From: a virus
IMG/VR virus record: IMGVR_UViG_3300027806_000003
Coordinates: 15,355 to 79,354 of that record
DNA: 64,000 bases
Strand: one strand, 5' to 3'
The notes below the pieces were generated by a model. That model did no database searches, was not told where the DNA came from, and saw nothing but the letters and a program-made list of their open reading frames with translations. Numbering within the stretch: the first letter of the stretch is position 1; every line of letters begins with the position of its first letter. This document shows positions 1-7,342 of the stretch, in pieces. Made by a program: the position numbers and the translations under genes.

Positions 1-990
1 GTTCATCGCCAGCGGCAGAGCCGTCTGCATCGCGCCGATCAGGCGGTTGTGGGCGCCCTCGAATCGCTCGTACATCACCACCGACATGCCAAGGATGTCC
101 TGGCTGCCCAGCGAATCGCCGCCCACGGGCGCGTTTTGGTTCAGGTGGATCAGCGTGCGGCCGAACTGCGGCTCAGCGCCGAAGGAGTCGGGGCTCACGT
201 TTGTGGGCGTGTACGTCAGCAGCGCGTACTGGCGATCCCAGACGCGGCGGTTGACCGGCGACAGTCCGCGGCTGGCGTTGTTGCGGAGCATGCCCGCGAT
301 GTTCACGCGATCCACGCGGAAGATCTCGGCCATCTGCTCGGCCGTCAGCCGCGTGGGGTTGCGTCCGGCGTTGCCACCGGCAAACGTCGCCCTCACGGCG
401 GTGTTGAGGCTGATCGGGCGGACAAGGTCCTGGCTGATCGTCAGCGTGTTGGGGCGGATGCCGCCGCTGGCCTTCTCGGCGGTGTCCAGACCGGTCAGGA
501 TCGTGCCGATGATGTCCGCGGCCGGATCGGTCCAGGCCGTGCCGACGGTCACGCCCGTGGTTCCCGACGGCGGGAAGTTCGTGTCGTTGTTCAGGTACGC
601 GCAGGTGTTCTGCTCGTAGGCCCGGACCACGTGCAGCGCGGTCAGTTCGGCGGCCTGCCGCTCGGCCTGATCGCGGATGCGCTCAGTCTGGCCGCGCAAC
701 TTGGTTTCGTCAAGGGCCAGCTCGAGGTTGTACTCCTCAAGGTCGTAGGACAGGAACTCCTGCGCACCCTCGATGCGGATGGCGCTGCCGCCGTATCCGC
801 GCTTGGCGCTGCTGATGCCCTGGCTGTACACGGCCGTGGGCGTGATCGGGATCTGCCCGTTGGTGTTCTCGACCACCAGCGCGGGGAAGATCGACAGCGC
901 GACCGCGCCCTGCGTCAGCAGGCTGTACTTGCGGATCTCACCGTCAAGGTCGGGGCGGATCAGGCCGCCGTTTGCGGGGACAAATGCCAT
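1..990 (-). CDS. Major capsid protein (3' end outside window)
   Basis: Manual translation MAFVPANGGLIRPDLDGEIRKYSLL... is open to the window edge, with an AAGGA RBS. It follows the protease/scaffold and cement genes. It is absent from the ORF track because it has no stop in the window. Confidence 0.75.
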   Translation of the reverse strand, partial: MAFVPANGGLIRPDLDGEIRKYSLLTQGAVALSIFPALVVENTNGQIPITPTAVYSQGISSAKRGYGGSAIRIEGAQEFLSYDLEEYNLELALDETKLRGQTERIRDQAERQAAELTALHVVRAYEQNTCAYLNNDTNFPPSGTTGVTVGTAWTDPAADIIGTILTGLDTAEKASGGIRPNTLTISQDLVRPISLNTAVRATFAGGNAGRNPTRLTAEQMAEIFRVDRVNIAGMLRNNASRGLSPVNRRVWDRQYALLTYTPTNVSPDSFGAEPQFGRTLIHLNQNAPVGGDSLGSQDILGMSVVMYERFEGAHNRLIGAMQTALPLAMN

Positions 991-1061
991 GGTCAGAGTC
1001 CTTTCTTGTTCGTTCTACCCGCACCGGCGGGCCGTTGTGTTCTTCGCGTCATATCGGGCAC

Positions 1062-1097
1062 GGCCGCGGGGACGCCGTCCTTGGCGTCCCCGCGGCC
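1062..1097. terminator. Strong GC hairpin between cement and capsid genes (terminator or mRNA stabiliser)
   Basis: GGCCGCGGGGACGCC-gtcctt-GGCGTCCCCGCGGCC inverted repeat; no clear U-tract. Confidence 0.4.
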
Positions 1098-1119
1098 CCT
1101 GATGGGTCGTGGGTTGTTC

Positions 1120-1692
1120 TCAGTGCTGGATGATCAGCACTTCGTCGGTCGCCGCCAGCGTGCCAGCGGCGATGGTCACGTTGTTGCCGCTGGTCGTGAC
1201 CGTCAGCGCGCCGCGATCCAGGCCCGCGTTGCTGCGCACCTGCACCTGCAAGCGCGTGCGGTTGGTCGGCTGGCCGACGTTGATCGTCACGCTGTTGGCC
1301 GCCGCGCCCGTGGCCGGACCGGCGTACAGGGTCGTGCGTCCGTCGTTGTCGAAGAGGATCGCCTCGATCTGCGCGTTGTCGCCGCTGGCCGTCTGCAGGG
1401 CAAGGCCGATGGCATCGCCGGTCGGCGTGGCGGTCACCTTGCCCGCGGCGTCGGGGTAGATCAGGCTCAGCGCCGTGATCGAGCCCGAGGCGGTCACCAG
1501 CGTTGCGCCGGGCACGCTGCGCGGCCAGAGGTCACCGGCCGCGCCCGCGGCGATCGTCGGTCCGATGTTGATCCCGTGCGGCACCTGGCCGGCACCGTTG
1601 AGGGTGATCGTCCCCGCCGCGCTGATGCGGCCCAGGCGAAACTGCGGGATGGCCACGGCGGCCGTTCCCTTGATCGTGTCGGTCACGTTCAT
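1120..1692 (-). CDS. Capsid cement/decoration protein (DUF2190-like) with C-terminal extension
   Basis: G/A/T-rich, motif YPDAAGKVTAT..IGLALQTA; lies between scaffold and capsid; RBS present. Confidence 0.6.
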   Translation of the reverse strand: MNVTDTIKGTAAVAIPQFRLGRISAAGTITLNGAGQVPHGINIGPTIAAGAAGDLWPRSVPGATLVTASGSITALSLIYPDAAGKVTATPTGDAIGLALQTASGDNAQIEAILFDNDGRTTLYAGPATGAAANSVTINVGQPTNRTRLQVQVRSNAGLDRGALTVTTSGNNVTIAAGTLAATDEVLIIQH

Positions 1693-1815
1693 GCGATTCC
1701 TTTCCTTCTCGTGTGTGCGTGTGCGGCGACCGGTCCCGTGCCGCCTCTGGGGCCGTGGCCGGTGCCGTTGAATGTCGTTGCCCGTTTCTTAAAGGCTCTT
1801 GCCGCTCGGCCTTGG

Positions 1816-2388
1816 TCAGCCGATGAGTTCCTGCTGCAACCGCGTCAGGGCGGCGGGACCGAGCAGCCGATACCCGGCCGCGTCGACCTTCTTGGCCTCA
1901 GCGCAGGCGGCGGCAAAGTCGGCCTTCTTGGCGTACGCCGTGCGGATGAGGCCTTCGGCCCGCTCGGTCGTCCCCTTGGCGTGCTCATGGCCATCGCCCC
2001 CCACGCCGCCGCTGGCGTTGCCCTGCGGGCCCTGGCCATCCTTGGCCAGGCTCAAGGGCGATCCATGCCCCTGGGCGGCGGTCGATGCGGCCTTCTTCAC
2101 CCCCGCGTCGATCTTGCTCTGCAGCTCCGCGTTCTTGGCCTGCGCCGCCTTGAGCCGCTCACCGAGCACATCGGCAAAGGCCGCCTTGGCCTGGCTCATC
2201 GTCGCGCCGCGCTCCGCCTGGCCGAGCACAAACTCCGCCTCGCCCGCAAACGCGCTCTTGAGTTCGCCGATGCTCGCGGGCTTGTCCTGTGCCGCGGCGG
2301 GCGCGTTCTTGACCGCATCGGCCTGAATCTGGCCGATGAGCTCTTCGCCGCCGTCGAGCTTCTTGAGTCCTTCCAGTGTGATCGCCAT
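1816..2388 (-). CDS. Nested in-frame scaffold protein (Nu3-like)
   Basis: Internal ATG (MAITLEGLKK) preceded by AGGAAAGGA RBS. Confidence 0.65.
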   Translation of the reverse strand: MAITLEGLKKLDGGEELIGQIQADAVKNAPAAAQDKPASIGELKSAFAGEAEFVLGQAERGATMSQAKAAFADVLGERLKAAQAKNAELQSKIDAGVKKAASTAAQGHGSPLSLAKDGQGPQGNASGGVGGDGHEHAKGTTERAEGLIRTAYAKKADFAAACAEAKKVDAAGYRLLGPAALTRLQQELIG

Positions 2389-3471
2389 GATCTGTCCTTT
2401 CCTGCCGCGCTGCGCGGCCCCTTGGGTGCTCCCGGCGTTGCCGCCGCGCTGGCCGCGGTCCGCCCGCAGCCGCGTCAGCGCCGCCGTCATATCCGTCACA
2501 ACTTCATCAGCCAGCCCCGTGGCCACCGCTGCCGCACCGGCGTACCAGTGCTTGCCGCTCCAGCCCTGGGCGATCTCCACGCTCACGCCGCGGCCAGCGG
2601 CCACCGCCCGTGTGAACTGCTGGCCCATGGCGTCGATGTCTTCCTGGAGCGCCGCCCGCTGCGCATCGGTCAGCGGCTCGCGCCAGAGCTTCTTGATTTC
2701 GGCGCTGGCCACCGTCTGCGGCTTGATCCCCGCAATGGCCATCGCCTCAAAGTCCTCGTACCAGTGCAGCACCGTGCCGATGTTGCCGACCTCGGCATCG
2801 CTGGTGAGCATGAACAGCCCGGGCGTGCAGGCAGAGGCCAGGTAGAACGCGGCGCTCATGCACCAACCCGCGCACATCACGCCGATGGGCTTGAGATCGC
2901 GCAGAGCCCTGATCTTCTCGGCCAGCGGGTCACACCCTATCGCTTCGCCACCGGGCGAATCGGCCACCATCAGAATCTCGCCAATCCGGGGGTCTTCGAT
3001 CCCCGCCGTGATCGCCGCGGCGATGTCCTCGTACGCCGATGCAAACGCGTTTCCGTTGCTGTCGATCGCGTCCTCGACCTTGCGCACCAGCGGCCCGCTG
3101 AGCGGGATCACCAGCGTCGAGCCCTGCACGCTCGGCGCGGCCAGCGACCAGTACTCGCGTCCCGCGTAGGTGCTCAGGGCCTGCTTCTCGGGCGCGCTTG
3201 CGCCACCATCGTCGTGCCAGGCCGCCGGGCCAACAGCCGGTCCAGCAGCCGGGCCAGCATCCGCGCTCGCGTGATCAAGGCCGGCTCGTTTGCTCCGCAC
3301 AGACCGTCCAGCGTCTCGCATCATCGCGTTTAGGCGGATGCCGCCGCTGACATCGACCTCGCCAAGGGCGACCCGGCGCAGCATCGCCCGCGCGGCCATG
3401 TCAACGCTCGCCTCGAGCATCCACGGCTTATTCATCGCAGCCGCGGCACGGATTGTCCAGTGCATGTGCAT
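1816..3471 (-). CDS. S49-family prohead protease with C-terminal scaffold (lambda gpC/Nu3-like)
   Basis: DSPGG, CMSAAFYLAS and VGNIG S49 motifs; coiled-coil C-terminus. Confidence 0.9.
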   Translation of the reverse strand: MHMHWTIRAAAAMNKPWMLEASVDMAARAMLRRVALGEVDVSGGIRLNAMMRDAGRSVRSKRAGLDHASADAGPAAGPAVGPAAWHDDGGASAPEKQALSTYAGREYWSLAAPSVQGSTLVIPLSGPLVRKVEDAIDSNGNAFASAYEDIAAAITAGIEDPRIGEILMVADSPGGEAIGCDPLAEKIRALRDLKPIGVMCAGWCMSAAFYLASACTPGLFMLTSDAEVGNIGTVLHWYEDFEAMAIAGIKPQTVASAEIKKLWREPLTDAQRAALQEDIDAMGQQFTRAVAAGRGVSVEIAQGWSGKHWYAGAAAVATGLADEVVTDMTAALTRLRADRGQRGGNAGSTQGAAQRGRKGQIMAITLEGLKKLDGGEELIGQIQADAVKNAPAAAQDKPASIGELKSAFAGEAEFVLGQAERGATMSQAKAAFADVLGERLKAAQAKNAELQSKIDAGVKKAASTAAQGHGSPLSLAKDGQGPQGNASGGVGGDGHEHAKGTTERAEGLIRTAYAKKADFAAACAEAKKVDAAGYRLLGPAALTRLQQELIG

Positions 3472-3482
3472 TCGCTATTGGC

Positions 3483-3519
3483 CCTCTACCCATGTGCGCC
3501 CGTGGAGCATTTCTATGTC
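3483..3519 (-). promoter_or_regulatory. Conserved 37-bp motif, copy 1 (putative late promoter)
   Basis: 35/37 identical to 7140-7176; both copies sit immediately upstream of a late gene start. Confidence 0.55.
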
Positions 3520-3550
3520 CCACCGCCAAACCGGCCCCGGCATCAACAGA

Positions 3551-3627
3551 TCCTCCCCCGCCCAATGTCAGATTGGCCACCGGGGGAGGTGCCGCGGCCC
3601 AAATGTCATCCGGGCGGCGGAGGGGGT
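3551..3627. repeat. REP-like palindrome family B, copy 1 (others at about 7194-7255, 23759-23812, 25381-25459)
   Basis: CTCCCCCG..CGGGGGAG-GTGCCG...GGCGGAGGGGG double hairpin recurring four times. Confidence 0.75.
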
Positions 3628-3631
3628 GCCT

Positions 3632-3670
3632 TTATTTGGTCATTTGACCATTTGACCATTTGCCCATTTA
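3632..3670. repeat. Octamer tandem repeat (CATTTGAC)n; also at 8636-8667 and 27109-27140
   Basis: Directly visible tandem units. Confidence 0.9.
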
Positions 3671-5284
3671 CGCTGGCGGCGCTTCGCCGCCAGCGGCCTG
3701 CCCCGGCATCAGCACCGGCTCGATGCCCAGCTCGCGCTCGATCTGCTTCTCCTCGCTGCGTTCGGCGGCCACGCTGGCAAAGTCGCGCCCGCCCAGCTGC
3801 TCGGCCGCTTCGCGCTTGCTCATGAGGTTCGCGTTGATCGCCGCCACCAGCGCCGCCGTTTCCTTCTCCGGGTCAAACTGGCCGATGGGCAGGCCGATCC
3901 AACGCACGCCCATCGGGCTCAGCGCGTAGGCCAGTTCCTCTTGGCTCAGGTCGATCACGCCCGCCTGTGCCCACTCGCGCAGCCGCCACTGGTAGATCGG
4001 CGTGCACACGGTCCGCACAAAGTGCGCGAGCATCATCCGCCGCTGCCGCATCGCCATCATCACCGCCGTGCGTCCGGCGTAGGCGGTGCTCTGGCTGGCG
4101 TCCAAAAGCAGCACCTCCAGCGGCAGGCCCATGCGTGCCCCGAGCACCCGCAGGAGCATCCGCAGGCTCGCGTCAAACGACGCGGCCGGGTACGGGCTCT
4201 GCGGCATGCTCACGGTCACATCCTCGCCGACATAGTGCACGCTGCCGGCCGGAATCTCCGTTGTCTTGGGGCTTGTCGGGCTGGCCGCCGCCTTGGGCGC
4301 GCCGATGAGCTTGCTGGTCAGTTCCGGCCTGCGCGAAGAAACAAACGCCGCCAGCCGGCTGGTCAGGTCGCACGCGCGGATGTACGAGCTGAACATATCG
4401 TCGGCGCCGATGATCCGGTCGATCATCCCGCGCAGCGCGCTGATGCCGCGGTACTGGCTGATCTGATCCACGTTGGCCAGGAACACCGCGCCGCGTGCAT
4501 CCACGCGCGCGATGTCCACACCGCTGGGCGCTCCGTCCTTGAACACCGCCACGCGGTAGCGCAGCACGCGTCCGTCGCTATCGAGCTCCAGCCCCTCGGC
4601 GGGCAGATCCTGGCTCTGCGGCCTTGGCCCGTCTCGCACGAGCTGGGCCTCGACCATCTGCACCGTCCGGCCGACCATCGGATCGTCGCCCTGGGCCACC
4701 AGCACGCCCAGCACATCGCCGTCGAGGTACGCCGAGCGCAGCAGTTCCCGCTGCAGGCCGCCCCAGCCGTACCGCCGTGTGTGCTCGGCGCTCTCGGCCC
4801 ATTCGATGAACAGGTCTTCGATCATCCGGGCCTTTTCGGTCCGGCCCTGCGGCAGCACGGTCTGCGGGTACAGCCCATCACCCAGCAGGAAGTCCACCGC
4901 GCTGTCGATCAGCAGCGGCGCGAGCGTGGTGGTGCGGTAGGCCTGGCGTGCGGCCCGGGCCACGGCGCTCCTTCGCGTCTCGCGGGCGATGCGTCCGCCC
5001 GCGGCATTGATCGGCGGCGAATCCTTGCGACCGCTCGACAGATCCGCTTCGGTGTACGGTGCGGAGCCTCGGCCGGCCGAGCCGAACGACGCCGACGCGT
5101 TCATGGCCGCGCCCGGTGCGGCCCTGCGCCACTGCCTGACCGACTCAAGTTGCGCCCGCGCAAGAGCCGACCGCGCCTCCGCCTCGGCCTTGTCGGCTCG
5201 CAGGCTCGCCACGCTGGCATCCACGCGCGCGCGCGTGATCGTCGCCACCTTGCCGGTGGGCCTGTTGCTGGGCTTGCTGGCCAT
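3668..5284 (-). CDS. Portal protein, lambda family
   Basis: DGDV, LQMVEA-like, GLELDSDGR..Y, QYRGIS, PIYQW and DPEKE motifs. Start uncertain (5284 or 5377). Confidence 0.9.
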   Translation of the reverse strand: MASKPSNRPTGKVATITRARVDASVASLRADKAEAEARSALARAQLESVRQWRRAAPGAAMNASASFGSAGRGSAPYTEADLSSGRKDSPPINAAGGRIARETRRSAVARAARQAYRTTTLAPLLIDSAVDFLLGDGLYPQTVLPQGRTEKARMIEDLFIEWAESAEHTRRYGWGGLQRELLRSAYLDGDVLGVLVAQGDDPMVGRTVQMVEAQLVRDGPRPQSQDLPAEGLELDSDGRVLRYRVAVFKDGAPSGVDIARVDARGAVFLANVDQISQYRGISALRGMIDRIIGADDMFSSYIRACDLTSRLAAFVSSRRPELTSKLIGAPKAAASPTSPKTTEIPAGSVHYVGEDVTVSMPQSPYPAASFDASLRMLLRVLGARMGLPLEVLLLDASQSTAYAGRTAVMMAMRQRRMMLAHFVRTVCTPIYQWRLREWAQAGVIDLSQEELAYALSPMGVRWIGLPIGQFDPEKETAALVAAINANLMSKREAAEQLGGRDFASVAAERSEEKQIERELGIEPVLMPGQAAGGEAPPA

Positions 5285-5366
5285 ATCGCGTTCGTCCCTT
5301 TCCTGCGTTGCCCTTTGCTGCTCTGCCGCTTTGCCCTTTGCTGCTTTGCCGATTTCCCGCGGCCGC

Positions 5367-5888
5367 TCAGCCCTCAAGTCTGCGCAGTTCCGCCTCCAGC
5401 GCGTACCGCTCGGCCACCAGCGGCTGGAAGATCTCCCGCTCCTGCCGCTCGTATTCGCGGGTGATCTCCTGCGCCTCGGCCTCGAGCTCTTCGATCACAC
5501 GCTGGCGGCGAGAGTGGACCTCAGCCCGGCGCATCTTGATGTCGTCGAGCACCTTGACCGGCTGGCCGATCTGGTTCAGCCGCGTGCGGATCTGCCCCGC
5601 CCGCTCGGCCCGCGCACGCTCGGACCGCTCGTGCTCATCGGCATCGTGCGCATCGACCTCCGCGGCCGCATCCAGCTCAACATCGGTCTCAACATCCAGC
5701 TCGGTATCCTCCACCTCGGCACCGCTCGCACGCGCGCCCGCACCAGCATCAAACGGCGCGGTCTCATCCCCGGCCCCGGCGTCGAGCCCACCATCACCCA
5801 CCGGCGTCTCCGCCGAGCCGCTGCGGTTTGTCGTGCTCAGCGTCGAGGCCGCCGCCGCGTTCACGTCTTTATTGCCCTTGCGTGCCAT
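5367..5888 (-). CDS. Acidic/coiled-coil hypothetical late protein
   Basis: ATG with AAGGA RBS; contains the 61-bp copy of integrase sequence. Confidence 0.6.
   Translation of the reverse strand: MARKGNKDVNAAAASTLSTTNRSGSAETPVGDGGLDAGAGDETAPFDAGAGARASGAEVEDTELDVETDVELDAAAEVDAHDADEHERSERARAERAGQIRTRLNQIGQPVKVLDDIKMRRAEVHSRRQRVIEELEAEAQEITREYERQEREIFQPLVAERYALEAELRRLEG
5798..5858. repeat. 61-bp exact direct repeat of 16724-16784 (inside the integrase gene)
   Basis: CCACCGGCGTCTCCGCCGAGCCGCTGCGGTTTGTCGTGCTCAGCGTCGAGGCCGCCGCCGC is present at both loci. Confidence 0.95.
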
Positions 5889-5950
5889 GCTTGTTTCCTT
5901 TTTGCTGCTCTGCTGATTTGCTGCTCTGCTGCTTTGAGCTTCGAGCTTTG

Positions 5951-6193
5951 TCACACCACCACGTACGTCCCGCCCCCTCCGCCATTTCCATCACCGACCA
6001 CCGCCGCCAGCATGCGTTCTTCCTCGATAAGCATGTTCAGAAGGCTCGTCAGCGAACCGCTGGCCACGCTCATGTTCCCGCCGCTGACATCCGGCCCGAT
6101 CTTCTGCGTGACTTCGACGATGTGCAGCCGCAGCCGCGCCAGCCGCTCGGCATCGCTCGAGTACCCCCGCCAGTCCGCGTACTGCCACATCAT
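5951..6193 (-). CDS. Head completion protein (gpW-like)
   Basis: 80 aa, helix-hairpin-helix pattern, between terminase and portal; ATGA overlap. Confidence 0.5.
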   Translation of the reverse strand: MMWQYADWRGYSSDAERLARLRLHIVEVTQKIGPDVSGGNMSVASGSLTSLLNMLIEEERMLAAVVGDGNGGGGGTYVVV

Positions 6194-7137
6194 GCCGCCT
6201 CCTGTTCCGTCGCTGCGTCCGCCATCACCGCCGCCCCCCCCGCCGCCGCTCCTGTTCCGCTCCGCTCCTGCAGCGCCGCCGCCGCCCGCTGGCGGATCTC
6301 CAGAACCAGTCTTTCGGCCGCGGCCCGCAGCCGGGCCACGCTCATGGGGTCCATCGGCTCGGCGCTCTGGCCGCGATCGCCGGCAACCGGCGGCAGGCCG
6401 ATCTGTGCCAGGTCCGCCAGCCTCTGCGGCAGGCCGTCGATCGCGTGCACCAGCCCGGTGATCACCTCCTGCATCGCCGCCGCCGCCGCCGCACGGTCGA
6501 CCAGCTCGCCGCGCTTGGCCTTCATGGCCATGTCCTTGCTGCTGGCCTCGATCAGCGCCCGCAGGTTCTCCGCGTCGGCCCTGGTCACCCGGCCGATCAC
6601 TTCATTCAGCACGCCCGGGTCGCTGATCGATCGCCCGTTCAAGATCCGCATCAGGCTCAAGCCCTCGCCCTGCTCGGCCGCTTCCATGGCGGCCTCGCGC
6701 ACAGCCTGCCCCAGCGGCGACTGGTCAAAGGCCTGCCCCGGCTCACCGGCTGCGGTCGACCGACCACGGCCACCCCCGCGCCCATTCACACGCCCGGCCA
6801 CGCTCCCGGCTACGCCGGACGCACGCCGCACGCCCCGCACGTTCAGCCCGGCCTTGCGTCCGGCCCCGCCGCGAATCCCGCCGTGGTGCGCGGTCGACGC
6901 CTCCACCGCGTGCGCCTTGTTCGTCTTTGCCCAGGCCACGCACGCGGCCTGGTCGAACCACCTCTGCCCGCTGGCCACCGTGTGCGGCATGCCGTCGCGC
7001 ACGTAGTTCGTGATCGTCATGCGCGTCACGCCCAGCGCCTTGGCCAGCTTGCCCGCGCCGACCATTCCCGGCGGCGGCAACTCCGCCGCCCCCGGCAGCA
7101 GCAGCCCACCCGAGTTGTCGCCGGTTGCTTCGCCCAT
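6190..7137 (-). CDS. Terminase small subunit (Nu1-like)
   Basis: N-terminal wHTH LAKALGVTRMTITNYVRDGMP..FD..ACVAW and a GELVD motif. Confidence 0.75.
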   Translation of the reverse strand: MGEATGDNSGGLLLPGAAELPPPGMVGAGKLAKALGVTRMTITNYVRDGMPHTVASGQRWFDQAACVAWAKTNKAHAVEASTAHHGGIRGGAGRKAGLNVRGVRRASGVAGSVAGRVNGRGGGRGRSTAAGEPGQAFDQSPLGQAVREAAMEAAEQGEGLSLMRILNGRSISDPGVLNEVIGRVTRADAENLRALIEASSKDMAMKAKRGELVDRAAAAAAMQEVITGLVHAIDGLPQRLADLAQIGLPPVAGDRGQSAEPMDPMSVARLRAAAERLVLEIRQRAAAALQERSGTGAAAGGAAVMADAATEQEAA

Positions 7138-7139
7138 GG

Positions 7140-7176
7140 CCTCTACCCATGTGCGCCGGTGGTGCATTTCTATGTC
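7140..7176 (-). promoter_or_regulatory. Conserved 37-bp motif, copy 2 (putative late promoter)
   Basis: Near-identical to 3483-3519; ends 2 nt upstream of the terS ATG. Confidence 0.55.
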
Positions 7177-7261
7177 TCATCGCGCTCTTCGCACCTCCCC
7201 CGCTCGGCGGGGGAGGTGCCGAGTCCCAAGTGTCATTTGGGAGGCGGAGGGGGCGCCCGCC

Positions 7262-7336
7262 TTCAGCCCCAACGGGGCCGCGGCCTGCCCCCCAATAGCC
7301 ACGGGTGGAGCCCGCGCTTCCCGGGCGCAGCCCGTG
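7262..7336. repeat. REP-like palindrome family A (others at about 8495-8603, 9640-9738, 23826-23923, 25309-25363, 26444-26542)
   Basis: GCCCCnAnGGGGC hairpin, then GCCACGGGT...ACCCGTGG hairpin, often CTGCCCC..GGGGCAGAGGA; six copies in the same orientation. Confidence 0.85.
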
Positions 7337-7342
7337 AACGCC

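Noticed and set aside
49-3333. Very long plus-strand ORFs (also 22117-25662, 36298-38652, 40958-43840, 48874-51270)
   Set aside because: Antisense shadows of real minus-strand genes in high-GC DNA; Arg/Pro-rich with no motifs.
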